64,000 bases of DNA from Phallusia mammillata (taxonomy: Eukaryota): the NCBI GenBank assembly GCA_965637545.1, contig OZ281494.1, positions 7,564,001 to 7,628,000 of the forward strand. Reading direction: 5' to 3'. The notes below the pieces were generated by a model. It had not been told where the DNA came from and did not search any database. It worked only from the letters and a program-made list of their open reading frames with translations. Each line of letters starts with the position of its first letter. Position 1 is the first letter of the stretch. The translations under genes were made by a program, and so were the position numbers. Positions 13,101 through 25,800 of this stretch are shown piece by piece.

Positions 13101-16100
13101 TGACTTGTAAGTCTCGTTTTTGGGGGGCCTGGTTTGAAAAATAAAGCTTGGTTTAATACGACAAGTAGAGTAAAAACACTTGCCATAGTGTAGTGCTCAA
13201 CATCCACACCATTTTTTTCTCTCGAGAACCTTTCAAAATTGGTGCTACCATTCTTTGCACCCTCGTGATTCATGCAACAACTAATCGGCATTTTGGACGG
13301 TTTACAGACGTGAAATAAAAACGTGTAGTTTGAAAAAACACAGAAAAGAAATTTGGACAAAACTTGAAGTACAAATTATTTGTAATCTTGTAAGGCTTTA
13401 ACTAATCGACATTCCGGATCACCGCTTAATCCAGACAAAATTTTTGATCCAGGGTGTATGAAATGCAGACATTCCAACTGTTACACCTAATTTTTGTGAA
13501 TCCCTATGCACTGCTGTGTATTGATGCAGCCCTTGTGGCTGTTGTGTTACGCACCACAGTTAAAAGCGCTGGCATACAGAACAGCTACTTGCATATTTTT
13601 CAGCAACACGATTACAAAACAGAAAAAAATTCCGAACAGAGAATACTTACGGACAAAGCAGTTATCCTTCTTGGCTTCCAGCACACGGCTCATGTTCCTC
13701 ACACTGCAGGGAGAGAATACAGTGTTGAAGGGGTCGTTTCCTGATGTGGCACGAGCAAACATGATGTAATTGCCTTTCTGCTTCTCTGTACTTACTCGTG
13801 ATTCGCCAGGAGTGCAGTCTAACCCACTGTCGTGCTGTTGCAATAAGCATTTATGTCAAGCAATATTTTAAGGAGTTTATTTGAATAAGGAATTGAAGAC
13901 GCCTGTTAGGCGGAATATGTATATTTCATTTAAATTCATTGACTGATCATGTTACTTGGAAAATATTTTCCATTCTTAGTTAAGTAACAGTAAGCAGTCG
14001 GTTAAAGGTTTGTGATCGAGTGGGAAAGAAATATAACTTCTAATTTCTTTTTAGTTGTTTTTTTTCTTTTCTTTTTAACAGTTAAAAAAACATTAAGCGT
14101 ATACATGTTAAGTGAAAGACATTGGATATAATTTGTTATTTGTCATGTCGTACGGACGAGTTCTTATACACCATGTAGAAAATGCGACAAGCAAAAGTCT
14201 ACAAACGTAAGGTCTTTCACCGAACGGTAATTAGGTAGGAGTTTAAGTCGTTAAAAGCGTCTGAACGATAGGTGACAGACAATGTTTATAATTGGTTAAT
14301 ATGGTCAAATTCTTTCAGAATGTGCATAAAAATCGGCAAGCAAAAGTAAAAAAAAACGGGCCTTTCATAGCCCCGTAATTAAGTTGAAGTTAAACGGATT
14401 TGTTTAAAGTCATTCCAGCAGTTTTTTTTCTGCTAAAAATCACAGAACAACTTGACAACCACAAGGCGTCTGGACTTTAGGTTATTGAAAACCAATTGGT
14501 CTCGTTCCAACCGTCACAATACTGGCTTCACGTTACATAAAAGGGCAGCCAGCGAAAATATATACAAGTTACAAAAAATAACCATCCTTATGACTTCAAT
14601 ACCCTACTAAGCAACTATGAAAGTCTGGTCTTAACAAAATAAACATTAAATTTCATTGTGGTCTCGGCCTGATAAAGCGCAGCGCACATTGAAACGAGTA
14701 CGGAGCATCTATATATAATTTACAACTGTGGTAGAAGTAGCGTTTCAACATAGTTTATAGGAACGTACCGGTGATCCAAAGTTATGCCCAAGTTCATGGG
14801 CAAAGGTGATGTGGGTTACTTTAGCTGGCATAATGGACCCATAGTTTTTGAAGGTCACCAATCCTGTGTTAAGTGATTTTGATGAGCCGTCTGTGTAGGT
14901 CTTGTATCGTTCGCATATACCACCGCTGGTGCCTGTAAAGAATATTGGGCAATAAGTGTTATTGCTTTATCGGTGTGTATGTTTGTAGTGCTGGTTTTAC
15001 ATTTTTTATGTTTCCCCTAATTTGAAGAAAATTGAAAAGTGACAGAATCGAATTGATTGTTTCAATAATACAACAAATAAAGTATGAAAATTCTTAATGG
15101 AGTATTTTAGTTACTTTTAAAATTTTACATTTTGGGGGCCTGTGAGTGAACCACTGGGTCATTTGGGGTCAAACTTTACGAGGATAAACTTTGGATAACT
15201 AACTAACTAACATGTAATTTTAGATAGGTTTGAAGGGCTCTTTTTTGACCAAACAGTTAAAACAAACCAGCATTAGACCAAAAAAATTAACAAAAAAAAA
15301 CTTTGTCGTTACCTCCTGTGGATCCGACCCAAGCTAGACCCAAAACTCCGTTATCGAAATCTCGGTTGGTGAAAACGTATGCGAGGCAATAATCGTTATG
15401 GTTAGCAAGGGAAACAATGTCCAAAAATTTTTCCACACCAATATTGGGGCTCTTGAACGGGTCATCATCTTTTGATGTGTCGTTAATCTGGAATGCAATA
15501 TACCTTTGTAGAGTTTGTAAATGCAAGAGCTGGTTTTATTGCAACTACTGGTACTGTGTAAAGCAGTGGTCTCAAACTTATATGAATCGCATACTACCTG
15601 ACAACTTTTTCTATCGCTGCGTACCACTAAACCCTGTTTGAATGGATAGACCAAGAAATAGGCCCACTTCTCAACCTGGCTAGCATAATTAGAAATTTCA
15701 AAGAATGTCCAAAACAAAAGTTTCACCCAAACCAGGGCTGATCAGTTGGGTCAGTTGGAGCACAGTTTGAGAACCACTGTGTAAAGCTTTTTTTAATAAA
15801 CAGGTATCCACATTTTTTTGCCTTAGTCTTAAATCAATAGGAATAAATGTTGAAAATAAGAAGTTTCTTGCACAAAGAAAAATAATTACCAGAAACACCA
15901 ATAACAATGTTTACAAAAACAGGGTCCATTCAACCAAAAAATAAATACAATACTCCTTTATTTCAAAAAAATGAAATCATAAATTCTGGTCCAAAAAATT
16001 GAAAACACACCACCACAAGTTTTTTTAGTTGAAAATTAACAACAGGCAGTTAACAAGGTATGTAGAGTCATAAAAGTAGGGCATTGATGTCCATAAAAAC

Positions 16101-19100
16101 AGTTCTATTCAGTTCTACTTTCAGTTTGAAAATTGTACATGTGTAAATAAATTTTAAAGTCTCAGTATAATGCCACTGACATTTGTCGAATATAATGCCA
16201 CTGACATTTGTCGAATATAATGCAACTGACATTTGAAGAATAACTCTAGAAAAAATGCTTACATTTTAATGCCACCACAAATTACATATTTAGGTGGTTT
16301 ACTGTGTAAAAAAAATCAAAAAAATCACAGTTAATGGCCTGGGATGGTATATTTCAAAATACAACTTGAACAACCAAAGTTAAAAAAATATGCAATAATT
16401 CAAAAATACAGACACAATCATGCAAACATCCAAATACAACCATAACAAGAATTGAATGTACAAGCAATGAGTACTTAACCCCATGTTAGATGCCAACAAA
16501 CTTAAAAAAAACAAAACACCTAAAAGGCTTTTCCTTAAAAAGTGACATTAATTTTCCTAATTAATAACAACACTCTACTTACCCTTAATCTCTGAACCAT
16601 AAAATTGATGCCTTGGATATTTTCATTGTCAGATGTTAAAAATGTGGTGTCTGTGTAGATTTTGTTCACAGCTTTGACATGTTCCGCAATCTTACTAATG
16701 ATTAGATCTCTTGATGGAAACTCGTTGAAAAAGATATGGTCTGTTTGTATGAAAAGCAGGCAGGTCTTCTTATTTTGATTAACAGCTCTCCTGTGCCGAG
16801 AATGTGCCATATTGTCATCATAGCCCTGTGAAATATATTTGTTACAGAATTTCACATTCTGTTTTATTTGTAAGCTAAAAAGTGGGATTGATTTGGAAGT
16901 TTCTTAAATACAATGTACTTAAGACTCTATAATAATTTATTTAAAACAATAATTCATTCTTAATCAACCTTATTCAAATAGAATCAAACAAAAAAAATTA
17001 AATGAAGACTAAACAAACTGAAGCAAAAAGTACCACAAAAGATCGGAATGCAATTATTGCTGCGCTTTACTAACACCAGATTGTAATGAATTTACTTAAC
17101 AAGAAAGTGGTTGTTTTTAAAGGTTGTGAAACAATGCTATGGGGCCTTGGCATTAACTTGTCATCACCATACCTACTGATAAAACAATGGTGGCTGCACC
17201 AAGTGGAAAAAAACAATATGATAAATCAGGCACATTAGGGTAGAAACAGAAACCAGAGCACTTGCAACAATCACTGTGGGCCATACAGAAAATGGACATA
17301 GCCTACGGAAAAAAAGAGTCGGCATAATTGCAGTTTGTAAACCAAGGCGCAACCTATATTGCTCTTTACTGAAGATTTTATTTAAATCCTATATTTTAAC
17401 CAACAACCTATAAATCTAGCTTGTGTTAACTGGTTCTAGGTGAGACAGTTGGACATCGTCAAACAATGTCCATACACAATTGTGACACCAAATTGAGAGG
17501 TATTTAATTTATGTAACGGTTTTGTGCTGCCTTTTAACTAACTGTGATTGGTTTTGATTGATGGCATCTGTTGGTAACTTAAAAATGTGCAAACACGCAG
17601 TATACTTCCATGAAAACTAACAGAAAACAAGTCAGTATTAAGTACAACATTTCCACCTGGATATCGGACCTTTTCATTTCTTGTGGCTTTTATTTTTTGT
17701 TACTTAAGATTGGATAGGTTTAAATTTTGATTTACAATTATGAGAAGATTGTCATTGCAATTTTTACCCTTTCAAGTGATGAGTTTTGGAAATTGAACAT
17801 CCTTCGTCGTACGTCTGATTTGGAAGCACCACAGTGGGAATGTTTTCCAGATCTGTAAACAATATCAGAGTGAAAACCATTCAGCACACTGTGAAAAGGG
17901 CATCAACATGCATAATTCATTTCCTCAATGTCAAACACATTCCAGGGGGATTTTTATAACTTGTATACAGTACTGACAAATAATATCCCGTTAAAATGTA
18001 GTTTAAAGTGTTCTTAACTGTTAAACAAGGGGCTGGCACAGATCTGTGTCAACTAATTGTTATTCTCTTACAAAGAAATGTCCCAAGAAATCTGATAGTT
18101 TGGACCAGTTTCACAAATTTGTGATTCAACTGGTGTGATGCTAAGCAAAATACTAGTTGTTTTTTAAGAAGTTGCATTTTTGCTGACGCTTTGCCCACCA
18201 GAACAGTAGGGCTTTTTCAGAGCAATTCTGGATGGCAGTTCTTAACAAACAACTGGTATACCAACATTGCAACTGGTATTTTGTTGAGCGTCACACCAGT
18301 TAAAAGACAAATTTCTTAAATATGCAACCTGGTGGACGAAACACTTGTTGGGCTTGAACTAAATTGTCATTAAGTCAAAAAAAACAAAAACATTGTAAAT
18401 CCAATTGATTAGCTCATGAGGGATTTATGGCGAGCATAATGCAATTAAGCAGTTGAAAGAAGAAAACAAACTAACAACTTACAGAGAAGGGTGTGTAATT
18501 GCATCTTCATGATAAATAACAGAGTGTCCTCTGTAACCGGCCATCGGTGATTGGCCTCGACTGCCTCCAAAAAACTGGTGGGTTTCTTCCACATAATACT
18601 TTCCACGATCCGGTTCATGGATAACGCCACGGAATATACCATTGATAATGCTACCGTGTACAAAGCTGTTCTTTTGGCCTGCATAAATGTAAGTTAAAGC
18701 AGGTTATGAATTTATTCAAATGCAAGAATCTCCTTTGGTGGCAGTACCATATAAGGATCCATGGTAAATATGAGATATGTTCACATCAATCTGGTTACCA
18801 TCGCTGTTTTCTACAATTAGGTCGGGATGAAAAATTGTATCATCATGAACAAGCCGGATATTAAAATTTCTAAAAAATAAAAAAGGAGATGTTATATTTT
18901 AAACCAACAGATACAAAAAAAGATATATTTCAAGCAGATGTATAGGTAAATAAACATAGGAAAAAATTCACGACCATGGGTTTGTATTGTCCAAATATAA
19001 CATGCAATATTCAAGAAAGATAAAAGTCTGGCTGTTCAAAAACCAGTTTATTTTATATTTTCTTGTCTGTATAAACCAGCTAACACAAGCCATTCACGCA

Positions 19101-20488
19101 CAGGAAAAGCTTAAGTCATTGTAAGTTCCTGAAACACAATGTTGCATGGAACAAGGAAAAATTTATTAGCACCTCCGATAATAAAACATTCACACCACTT
19201 GAACAGGGCTTTATAGGCGTCTATTTATAACATCACTGCAGTGTTGTGACTGTGATGACGCACTCAATCCAGTTCAGTGAATGCGTACACACCAAGTATT
19301 GACATCATAGGGCAAAATGAGTAGGCAAATTACTTTGTCAACAGTGCCACCTCTTACTAGCAACTATTCTTAAGTCCTGTAAAATCTCCATTTAAAATCA
19401 AAAAATCATGTAAGCAAATTGATTTTATATGATGTTTGCATAATTTTTGCACCTTTTGTACACATGCTCCTGAGGTTTACATTTATATTCAAACACTGCA
19501 GTGTGTATTACCACATTTACAACTGTATTACACAAGATGCACTGCTATTTTTTGTTAAAAATCTATAGTGCATACATATTTGTCACATATCATTCACAAA
19601 AGCTAACAATCATTAAAATCGGCATCAAATCGTATAGGCAGGTTTGTGTATTGTACAAATCTGATCAATAAAACACTAAATAGATCAAACAAAGCTACTT
19701 TTTCCTCAGCAACTTGAAGTATATTCCAAACAGAATCAGTATGGGTTGGTACTGACTTAAAAACGTAGGACAAACAACTTACATACGTACAACACTCATT
19801 TTGTTATTCATATTTTAGAATGATCATTTCATGCCCACACTACAAAGCTTAAATTATCCTTTTGTGCCACCATTCTTTTATGTAATGGTGTAGGTACAAC
19901 TTTTTGCTAATTTGGACCAACTCTTACACCAATGCTCTATTGGTTAATAAAATATTCACCTGCCATGGGCTTCAAACTTTAACTTGACAGGAGTTTCGAC
20001 ATCTGCCAGCGATCGCTTTGACCTTTCATGCTGACTTTTGAGGGCATGTATATCGTATGATAAATGCTCAAAGTAGGAGACATGAATGTTCATGCAGTCA
20101 ACTCCATAATCTAGAAAAATACACATATTATGCAAACCCAAATAAATATCCAAATTAACAATGAGAGCAAAAGTATTAATTATTGATGTTATATAATTAA
20201 CATTGCAGCTACATAATGTATGCAAGCCAAAAAATGACATCATTATTTTTGCAATTTTCTACTTTTCATTTGCTAAAATTACTTTTTGTTCACTAATACT
20301 TTTTGTAAAGCAACATTGTTTTGTATAAACACACAATTTTAAACGGTAGATTTTTTGGTTAAAACGTAAATACAGTAATCTTTGCAAAAAAAAGTAATAC
20401 TAGCAAAGCATATAATATTAAATATTTGCAAAATTAACTTACCATGTATACTCAGCAAAACAAAAGCAAAAACAAGCAATGATAACAT
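7123..20488 (-). CDS. ADAM10: ADAM10 / Kuzbanian disintegrin metalloprotease, complete, 17 coding exons, 758 aa
   Basis: Exons are 20488-20443, 20110-19960, 18869-18748, 18678-18483, 17852-17768, 16825-16583, 15487-15313, 14932-14769, 13834-13651, 11959-11797, 11286-11185, 10805-10712, 10221-10107, 9899-9795, 8624-8509, 7815-7689 and 7211-7123. They sum to 2277 nt with consistent phases. The protein has a signal peptide [15 protein letters not shown], furin site RHRR, Zn motif [11 protein letters not shown], Met-turn [11 protein letters not shown], disintegrin [33 protein letters not shown], a TM segment [19 protein letters not shown] and a tail ending QNFEMR*. Confidence 0.97.
7483..7636. 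repeat. Degenerate tandem repeat of about 65 bp x3 in the last ADAM10 intron
   Basis: The core TTTAATCAATAGAAAGGTA recurs three times at roughly 65-bp spacing. Confidence 0.75.
7952..8001 (-). ncRNA. Type I minimal hammerhead ribozyme, intact core (ADAM10 intron 15, sense to ADAM10)
   Basis: The minus strand reads GCUGCA-CUGAUGA-GACC(UUAUA)GGUC-GAAA-CAGU(GUGC)ACUG-UC^UGCAGC. Stem I has 6 bp, stem II has 4 bp, stem III is near-palindromic, and the GUC cleavage site falls between 7958 and 7957. Confidence 0.9.
10366..10447 (-). mobile_element. tRNA-derived SINE head
   Basis: The minus strand carries an A-box-like TTGCTTAGTTGG and B-box GGTTCGAATCC. It shares AGAAAAATCTAGC(C/T)TGCGG(T/C)GGGATTCGAACCCAC with 61816-61850 and does not form a tRNA cloverleaf. 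Confidence 0.65.
10806..11184 (-). other. U12-type (minor spliceosome) AT-AC intron, ADAM10 intron 11
   Basis: The donor is ATATCCTTT at 11184-11176, the branch site TCTCCTTAAT is at 10835-10826, and the acceptor is ..TTCAC at 10806. Removing it joins GC+T into Ala and keeps the disintegrin frame (QVCAGKNASCP). I found no frame-preserving GT-AG alternative. Confidence 0.9.
16166..16240. repeat. 25-bp tandem repeat x3
   Basis: TATAATGCCACTGACATTTGTCGAA occurs twice exactly, followed by a third diverged copy. Confidence 0.9.
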
Positions 20489-22619
20489 GATGTTATCCTT
20501 TATCAATAAAAAAATTTGCAGCACTTTTATATTTTTTATAAATTACACGGCTACAAACTAACAGTAACACGGTTCTTAGGCCTATAAAATTAAGAAAATG
20601 ATAAAGCTCAGCATGTAAAATGTTTGATGTTCAAATCCAGACAAACTATTTGTCTCGGCAATAAACAAAGTATGTTAATTGACTTTCACTACTCAAAAGG
20701 TTTTATTATCTTTGTTCATAACTTCTATAATTGAAAATAATGTAATTGGTGAAGTTAAATCCTTGAATTCTATAATTTCAGGTCAGTAACAAGTATACTA
20801 TAACCAAACAATATTTTTAATTCTTTTTTCCAAAGGACATTGTCATTTTTATGATCCGAATAATTTTGTTTAGCTTTTTAACATATTTTAGGTTGCTTTT
20901 ATTATGATTTTGAATCTTACAACAGCAAAAATAAACAAACTATGGCTATTACACTTATTATGTTTCTAACATAAGCAAAACAAGACATATTTTATAAAAT
21001 CACATTTCACAACATTTGTATTAGGTCAAAAACGGTCAGCTCACACAGTTAACCTCCATTTCCCTTACATAGTGGCTAAATACAAAACAAATTCACAAAA
21101 TCGACCACAACAGACAAAGGTGAGGCAGTCATTAGAGTCCAGACAACAATGAATAACCAAATACGCAAACGCAGCTACGAGTTGACTAAAGAGAAAAGTT
21201 TATCACGGCGGAAAACCCCAAAATAGGTTGGCCTCGAGCGACACCTAGTGAATAATAAATACAACAAACATTTAAAATCGATTTGTCGATTTCTGCTCAT
21301 TTATAATGAACCGTCAGCATCAATAAAGTAACATTTAATACTGGTCGCAATTATTTCAACCGTTTTTCTCAATAAGTATAGATAATTTTCCCAATCGGTA
21401 AGGAAATGTAGGCTAGGTTTATTTCAAACTTCTGTAAAAACCATGCCCGTTGTCAAATGTATTTTGCAACACATTTTCGAGCCCAGCTAACGCGAATGGT
21501 CCCAGTCTGCAATACCGATTATTATTTATTTTAGTTAGCGAATTAGCACTGTTTAATTTCTTTTGAAAAAGCACAGAACTGTCCAAATTATGTGCATTTT
21601 CCAGTGTTTTGTTTTGCCTCGAGGAAAATCCTGTAAGGTTTTACATGCTGTAGGGTCGCTTGCAGCTTGATTATTATTGGTTGTTGCGAACGGCATTATC
21701 TTCAGACCAGGCAAGCATTAAAACGCACCACAAGTGGCTTTTTTAGGTTCTTATCAGCGCATATTTGAAGTCGTATGGTCACTAAGCTGCAGATACGCAC
21801 TTCGAGGGCCACTTCATTGTAACTGATGCACAGTCATCATGCAAGGACAACCATGCGACAATGACCAGGCCCAATTCTTAAGTCGCACAACACTTTATCA
21901 GACTTTATGAGCAAACCACACAGACTTATGAGCAACCATATGAAGACTTGAGGTATGAAAGAAGTCTATTCCGAAAACGTGTAAAAACCAAGAGGTAAGA
22001 AATATATTTATTGCGTAAGGGTCGGTAAAGTTAAGTTTAAAACGAAGTTTAAGAAATCCTGAGATTTAGTAGGCTATACTAGTTTAATTTATAATTTACG
22101 CTAGAAAGACTTGTTTAGTTTGTTTGAAGTTGCATGACGATTTGTCGCTATTGGAACATTATTATTTAAACTCCAATCATAGACTATATACAGACATTGT
22201 AGCTACATTGGACGAACAACTTTAAAGTCAGATTAAAAAGGGTGGTCGAATGACTATAATCACATTGTTTTGTAAGTTTTTATTTCCGTTAGGTGTCACT
22301 AGCACCACACACGATGTCCGATCTCTGCGCTGAGGATTTATATTGAACATTAAAATATGTATTTTTGCTACATAGGTTCATTTTTAACAGGTCAAAAAAC
22401 TTGTAGGCCTACATATGTAATCGGTGACAATGTAGCTTGAATTTAGTTTTTGTGGTCAAACTGCGCTTTTGAAAGCTTCAAGTGTTTACGGTTTAATATT
22501 CAACAAGCATAAAATTAAAATCCCTAGGAAGCGAAAACAAAAATTAAGTTGTTAATAATGTACTCAAAAACTTGTCACAAAAAATATTGTTACGAAAGCT
22601 CCTGGGATTTGGCCACATA

Positions 22620-22853
22620 TAGGCCCGGCAACCTTTTTTGCACTGCGGGCCGTTTTTTAATGTAAAATTTTATCGCGGACCGGTCTTAGAAAAACAACAA
22701 ATATTTTGCAACAAAATCGCTTAAATTAGTTGATCATCCCCGGGATACATGGGTAAATTGTTTCATAGCATTTAATCTGAAAAATTATACGGCCCGGTAA
22801 CTAACTCCTTGCAGGCCGGTACCAGGCCGCGGACCGGCGGTTGCCGACCACTG
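22620..22853. mobile_element. Degenerate hAT-type MITE
   Basis: The right end GGTTGCCGACCACTG and degenerate left end AGGCCCGGCAACC carry subterminal GCGGGCCG/GCGGACCG motifs. No clear TSD. Confidence 0.55.
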
Positions 22854-25800
22854 GGCTAGAGTTTAAACGCCACAAGAAGATTTACGACAATTTCGCAAAA
22901 ATCCTTCTTACCAGCTGTTTACCTGCGTCCGGTCGCAGTTTGCTCTCAGTGCTGTAAAACCTAGCGCATATGTTTGAAGTATGCGTATGATTTGTGGTCT
23001 ACAGGTGACCAATGGGTTTTTTGATCCTGCGCGTTATCTTATTTTCTGCCACTTACAGGCACTATAATATCTGCACATCAGACCCAAAGTGAGATGTTTT
23101 TTTAGCGGCTTGTATTTTAACTTTTACGACGACTAGTCAAAAGCATTGGTGGGTATTTACCGCCAAAGGGGTAATTTTGGGGGGTAAAACAATTTTTAAG
23201 TTTCATGACGTCATCCTTCTGTGACGTCAATGGCAATTTTATTTTTTGATATAGGAGCAAATTAAATTTATCTCGTTGTTCTCAGAAGTAACGATAATTA
23301 AATTAGTTATAAGCCACTGCTGTAAACCCAACTCCACATAATACATTTTTGGCTTTGTTGCAATCGCTATATTTCTGGTATTTTTAGCTGTATAACGCTA
23401 CATTTGCTTTAAACTTCCCAAGTTGCTAACGTTACTTCGTTGAAAGCTAGATTACAGTTGTTCAAAGCCATGCTCCGGATTCTGACGTTACCTGCAGAGG
23501 CAAACGCATAGTTAAAAACTAAACCGATAGCTATTATTGCAGATTGTAGCTATGAAATCTAATCTTTTAACGGCAAATATACACAAAATATCGTTTTGGT
23601 TGTGGCAAAAATTAACAATAGGTGATTTGTAGATAATGGCGTGAGCGTTTAGTTATAGACTTGACTGAAAAAAAATAAAAAATACGCTTATATTGTTTAT
23701 TTGGTATCGAACTCGCTTAATGAAGTGCCAAGTCTATACCTCCACAAAATCAATCACACCAAGATGTCATTTGAATGGAACAATGTCTTCTGTGATGATG
23801 AGTATTAACAAAGTGTAAGCATTGTCCCATAATTCTCGTAAATATTATCGTTGCGATTTTAAGAGCGTCGATAATGATTGAAAAACAAACACTTAGGCTT
23901 TTCAACCTAAAACAGCCAAATTCATTCACTAAAATTAAAGATGGGGAAAAGTGCGACAAACTGCCATATGCGGTCAGATAATTAACTGGGTAAACACCTA
24001 GTGTATACATTTTATTGTAATGAAATCTAAAATCATTTTCAGTAAACTGTTTAAATCTCTGACTACTTTTTGTGCCGTAGCATAAATATTCTGGTAATAA
24101 CATGACCCAATAACAATAAACAGTATGACGCTAATAATACTTTTGTATGTCGTAAGTTATACTCGTAAAAGTTATTCTCGTGTTATACTCGTAAAAAAGG
24201 ACAAAAGTGGACTATACCTACTTTTCTACAGTCAAACATAAACAGCACGTTTGCAAGACACTACATTTGTGAAATTGACCAACCTAATGAAACAGTATTT
24301 GATTTGGCATTGTAAAGTTATTGTGTAGATACAGTCTATGTTCATTTGGCAAAAGATTTCTTTACCGCAGCGGGAGGTTATAGCTTCCTTCGTGGGAGAG
24401 CTGCCTACACGACGCGAGGCAACTCAAAGGCGCAAATATATCAGACCCGGGCCACCTCGGCGCGCTAATTGCTGTTTGGAATTCATGTCTCGCATTTGTA
24501 GACTTAAGGGAGAGGGCATTGACCTGATGTGGACAAATTCATCTTGTCTATTGCTACAGTTTGGGTTGTGTTAAGTTTGGAAGGCGGCCGAGTCGTGTAT
24601 GAGTAATCGACCTCTGTCCAATGGTTGAGGTGTCGGCTTGTTTGGTGTTGGTGTTTGCTTAGAGTAATTTATACCATTCTAGCTTAAGGTAGGCGGCCAC
24701 TTTATATGAAGACGCGAGGTTATATTAAAGTGTTATCTTGCCAAACTAGCGAAAATCACGTATCTGTGGGTTACATTTTACTGCGCCTTATTATCAATTG
24801 GAAAGATTTTGGTGAATTATTTTTGGTCCTTTAGGTTAAATATGAAAATAGTGGCAGACAAATTTCAACCAAGTATGAACAAAAGAAAATTTTTAACTTG
24901 TACTGTATACTAGGCCAATCTTCAAGTTGGGTAGAAGCATGGCATTTAATTTATATTGTGATCACATTGATAAGTCATACTTAACAATCGCCAAACACAA
25001 TTAATAATGTTATGGGAGCTTTTGAGACCTTTAAAGATCACCAAGAAGGGCCACGCCTCCAAACCCTTGACCAACGCCCCTTTTGGCCATGGGTTATCGC
25101 ATGGACAATATGGACATTTTGTTTGCTTTGGTCGTAAATTGTAAGTGTCAAACCGCTATAACATCCCCACATAAGTTTGCCTTGTTTAATTTCCCATAAA
25201 AGCAACGTCCACTATCTGTTTTACTGCTGTCCACAGCGTTTGCACTTCGGACATATAACCTGGAAAGTGGAAGTGGATTTTATCGTCCTCTCATCCGATA
25301 TAACGGGGCAAGCCGCTCACCGCAGTTTTCACAGCAAGCCATGTTTGAACACGGTCTCGTCGCGAAGGTTGGGTTCCGTTTAAAGGCTTCGCTGTGACCT
25401 TAACACGACTTTCTCGATTAATTACGTTGATTGTGGAGTGTATATTTGTCAGACACCTATTTGGTTCTTCCCATTAGGTGCTGTGTTTACTAGATAAACA
25501 AACCCAATATAACGAACACAACATGCTGTTGTTTACCTTCCACTAGGCGTCAAAATCAATGTTATGCTACAAGCGGGGTCAAAACGTTTTTGCAACATTG
25601 TTACTAACATTTAAACAGCACTTTGTTGCCGCATCTGTTGCTGTTGACACGCCGGTACATATTTATTTCATCTATTTTATCGCTAAATATAGAATAGCAC
25701 TGCGAAGCAATTATCCGAAACCGAAAGTGTTAAATACACAAAGCGTTCATGGCCCTAATAAACTACAACACATGTCAAACTTTCAACACACCGAAAATTG

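Noticed and set aside
23750-24103. 117-aa minus-strand ORF in the intergenic region
   Set aside because: No recognisable motif, a non-ATG start and no linked exons.
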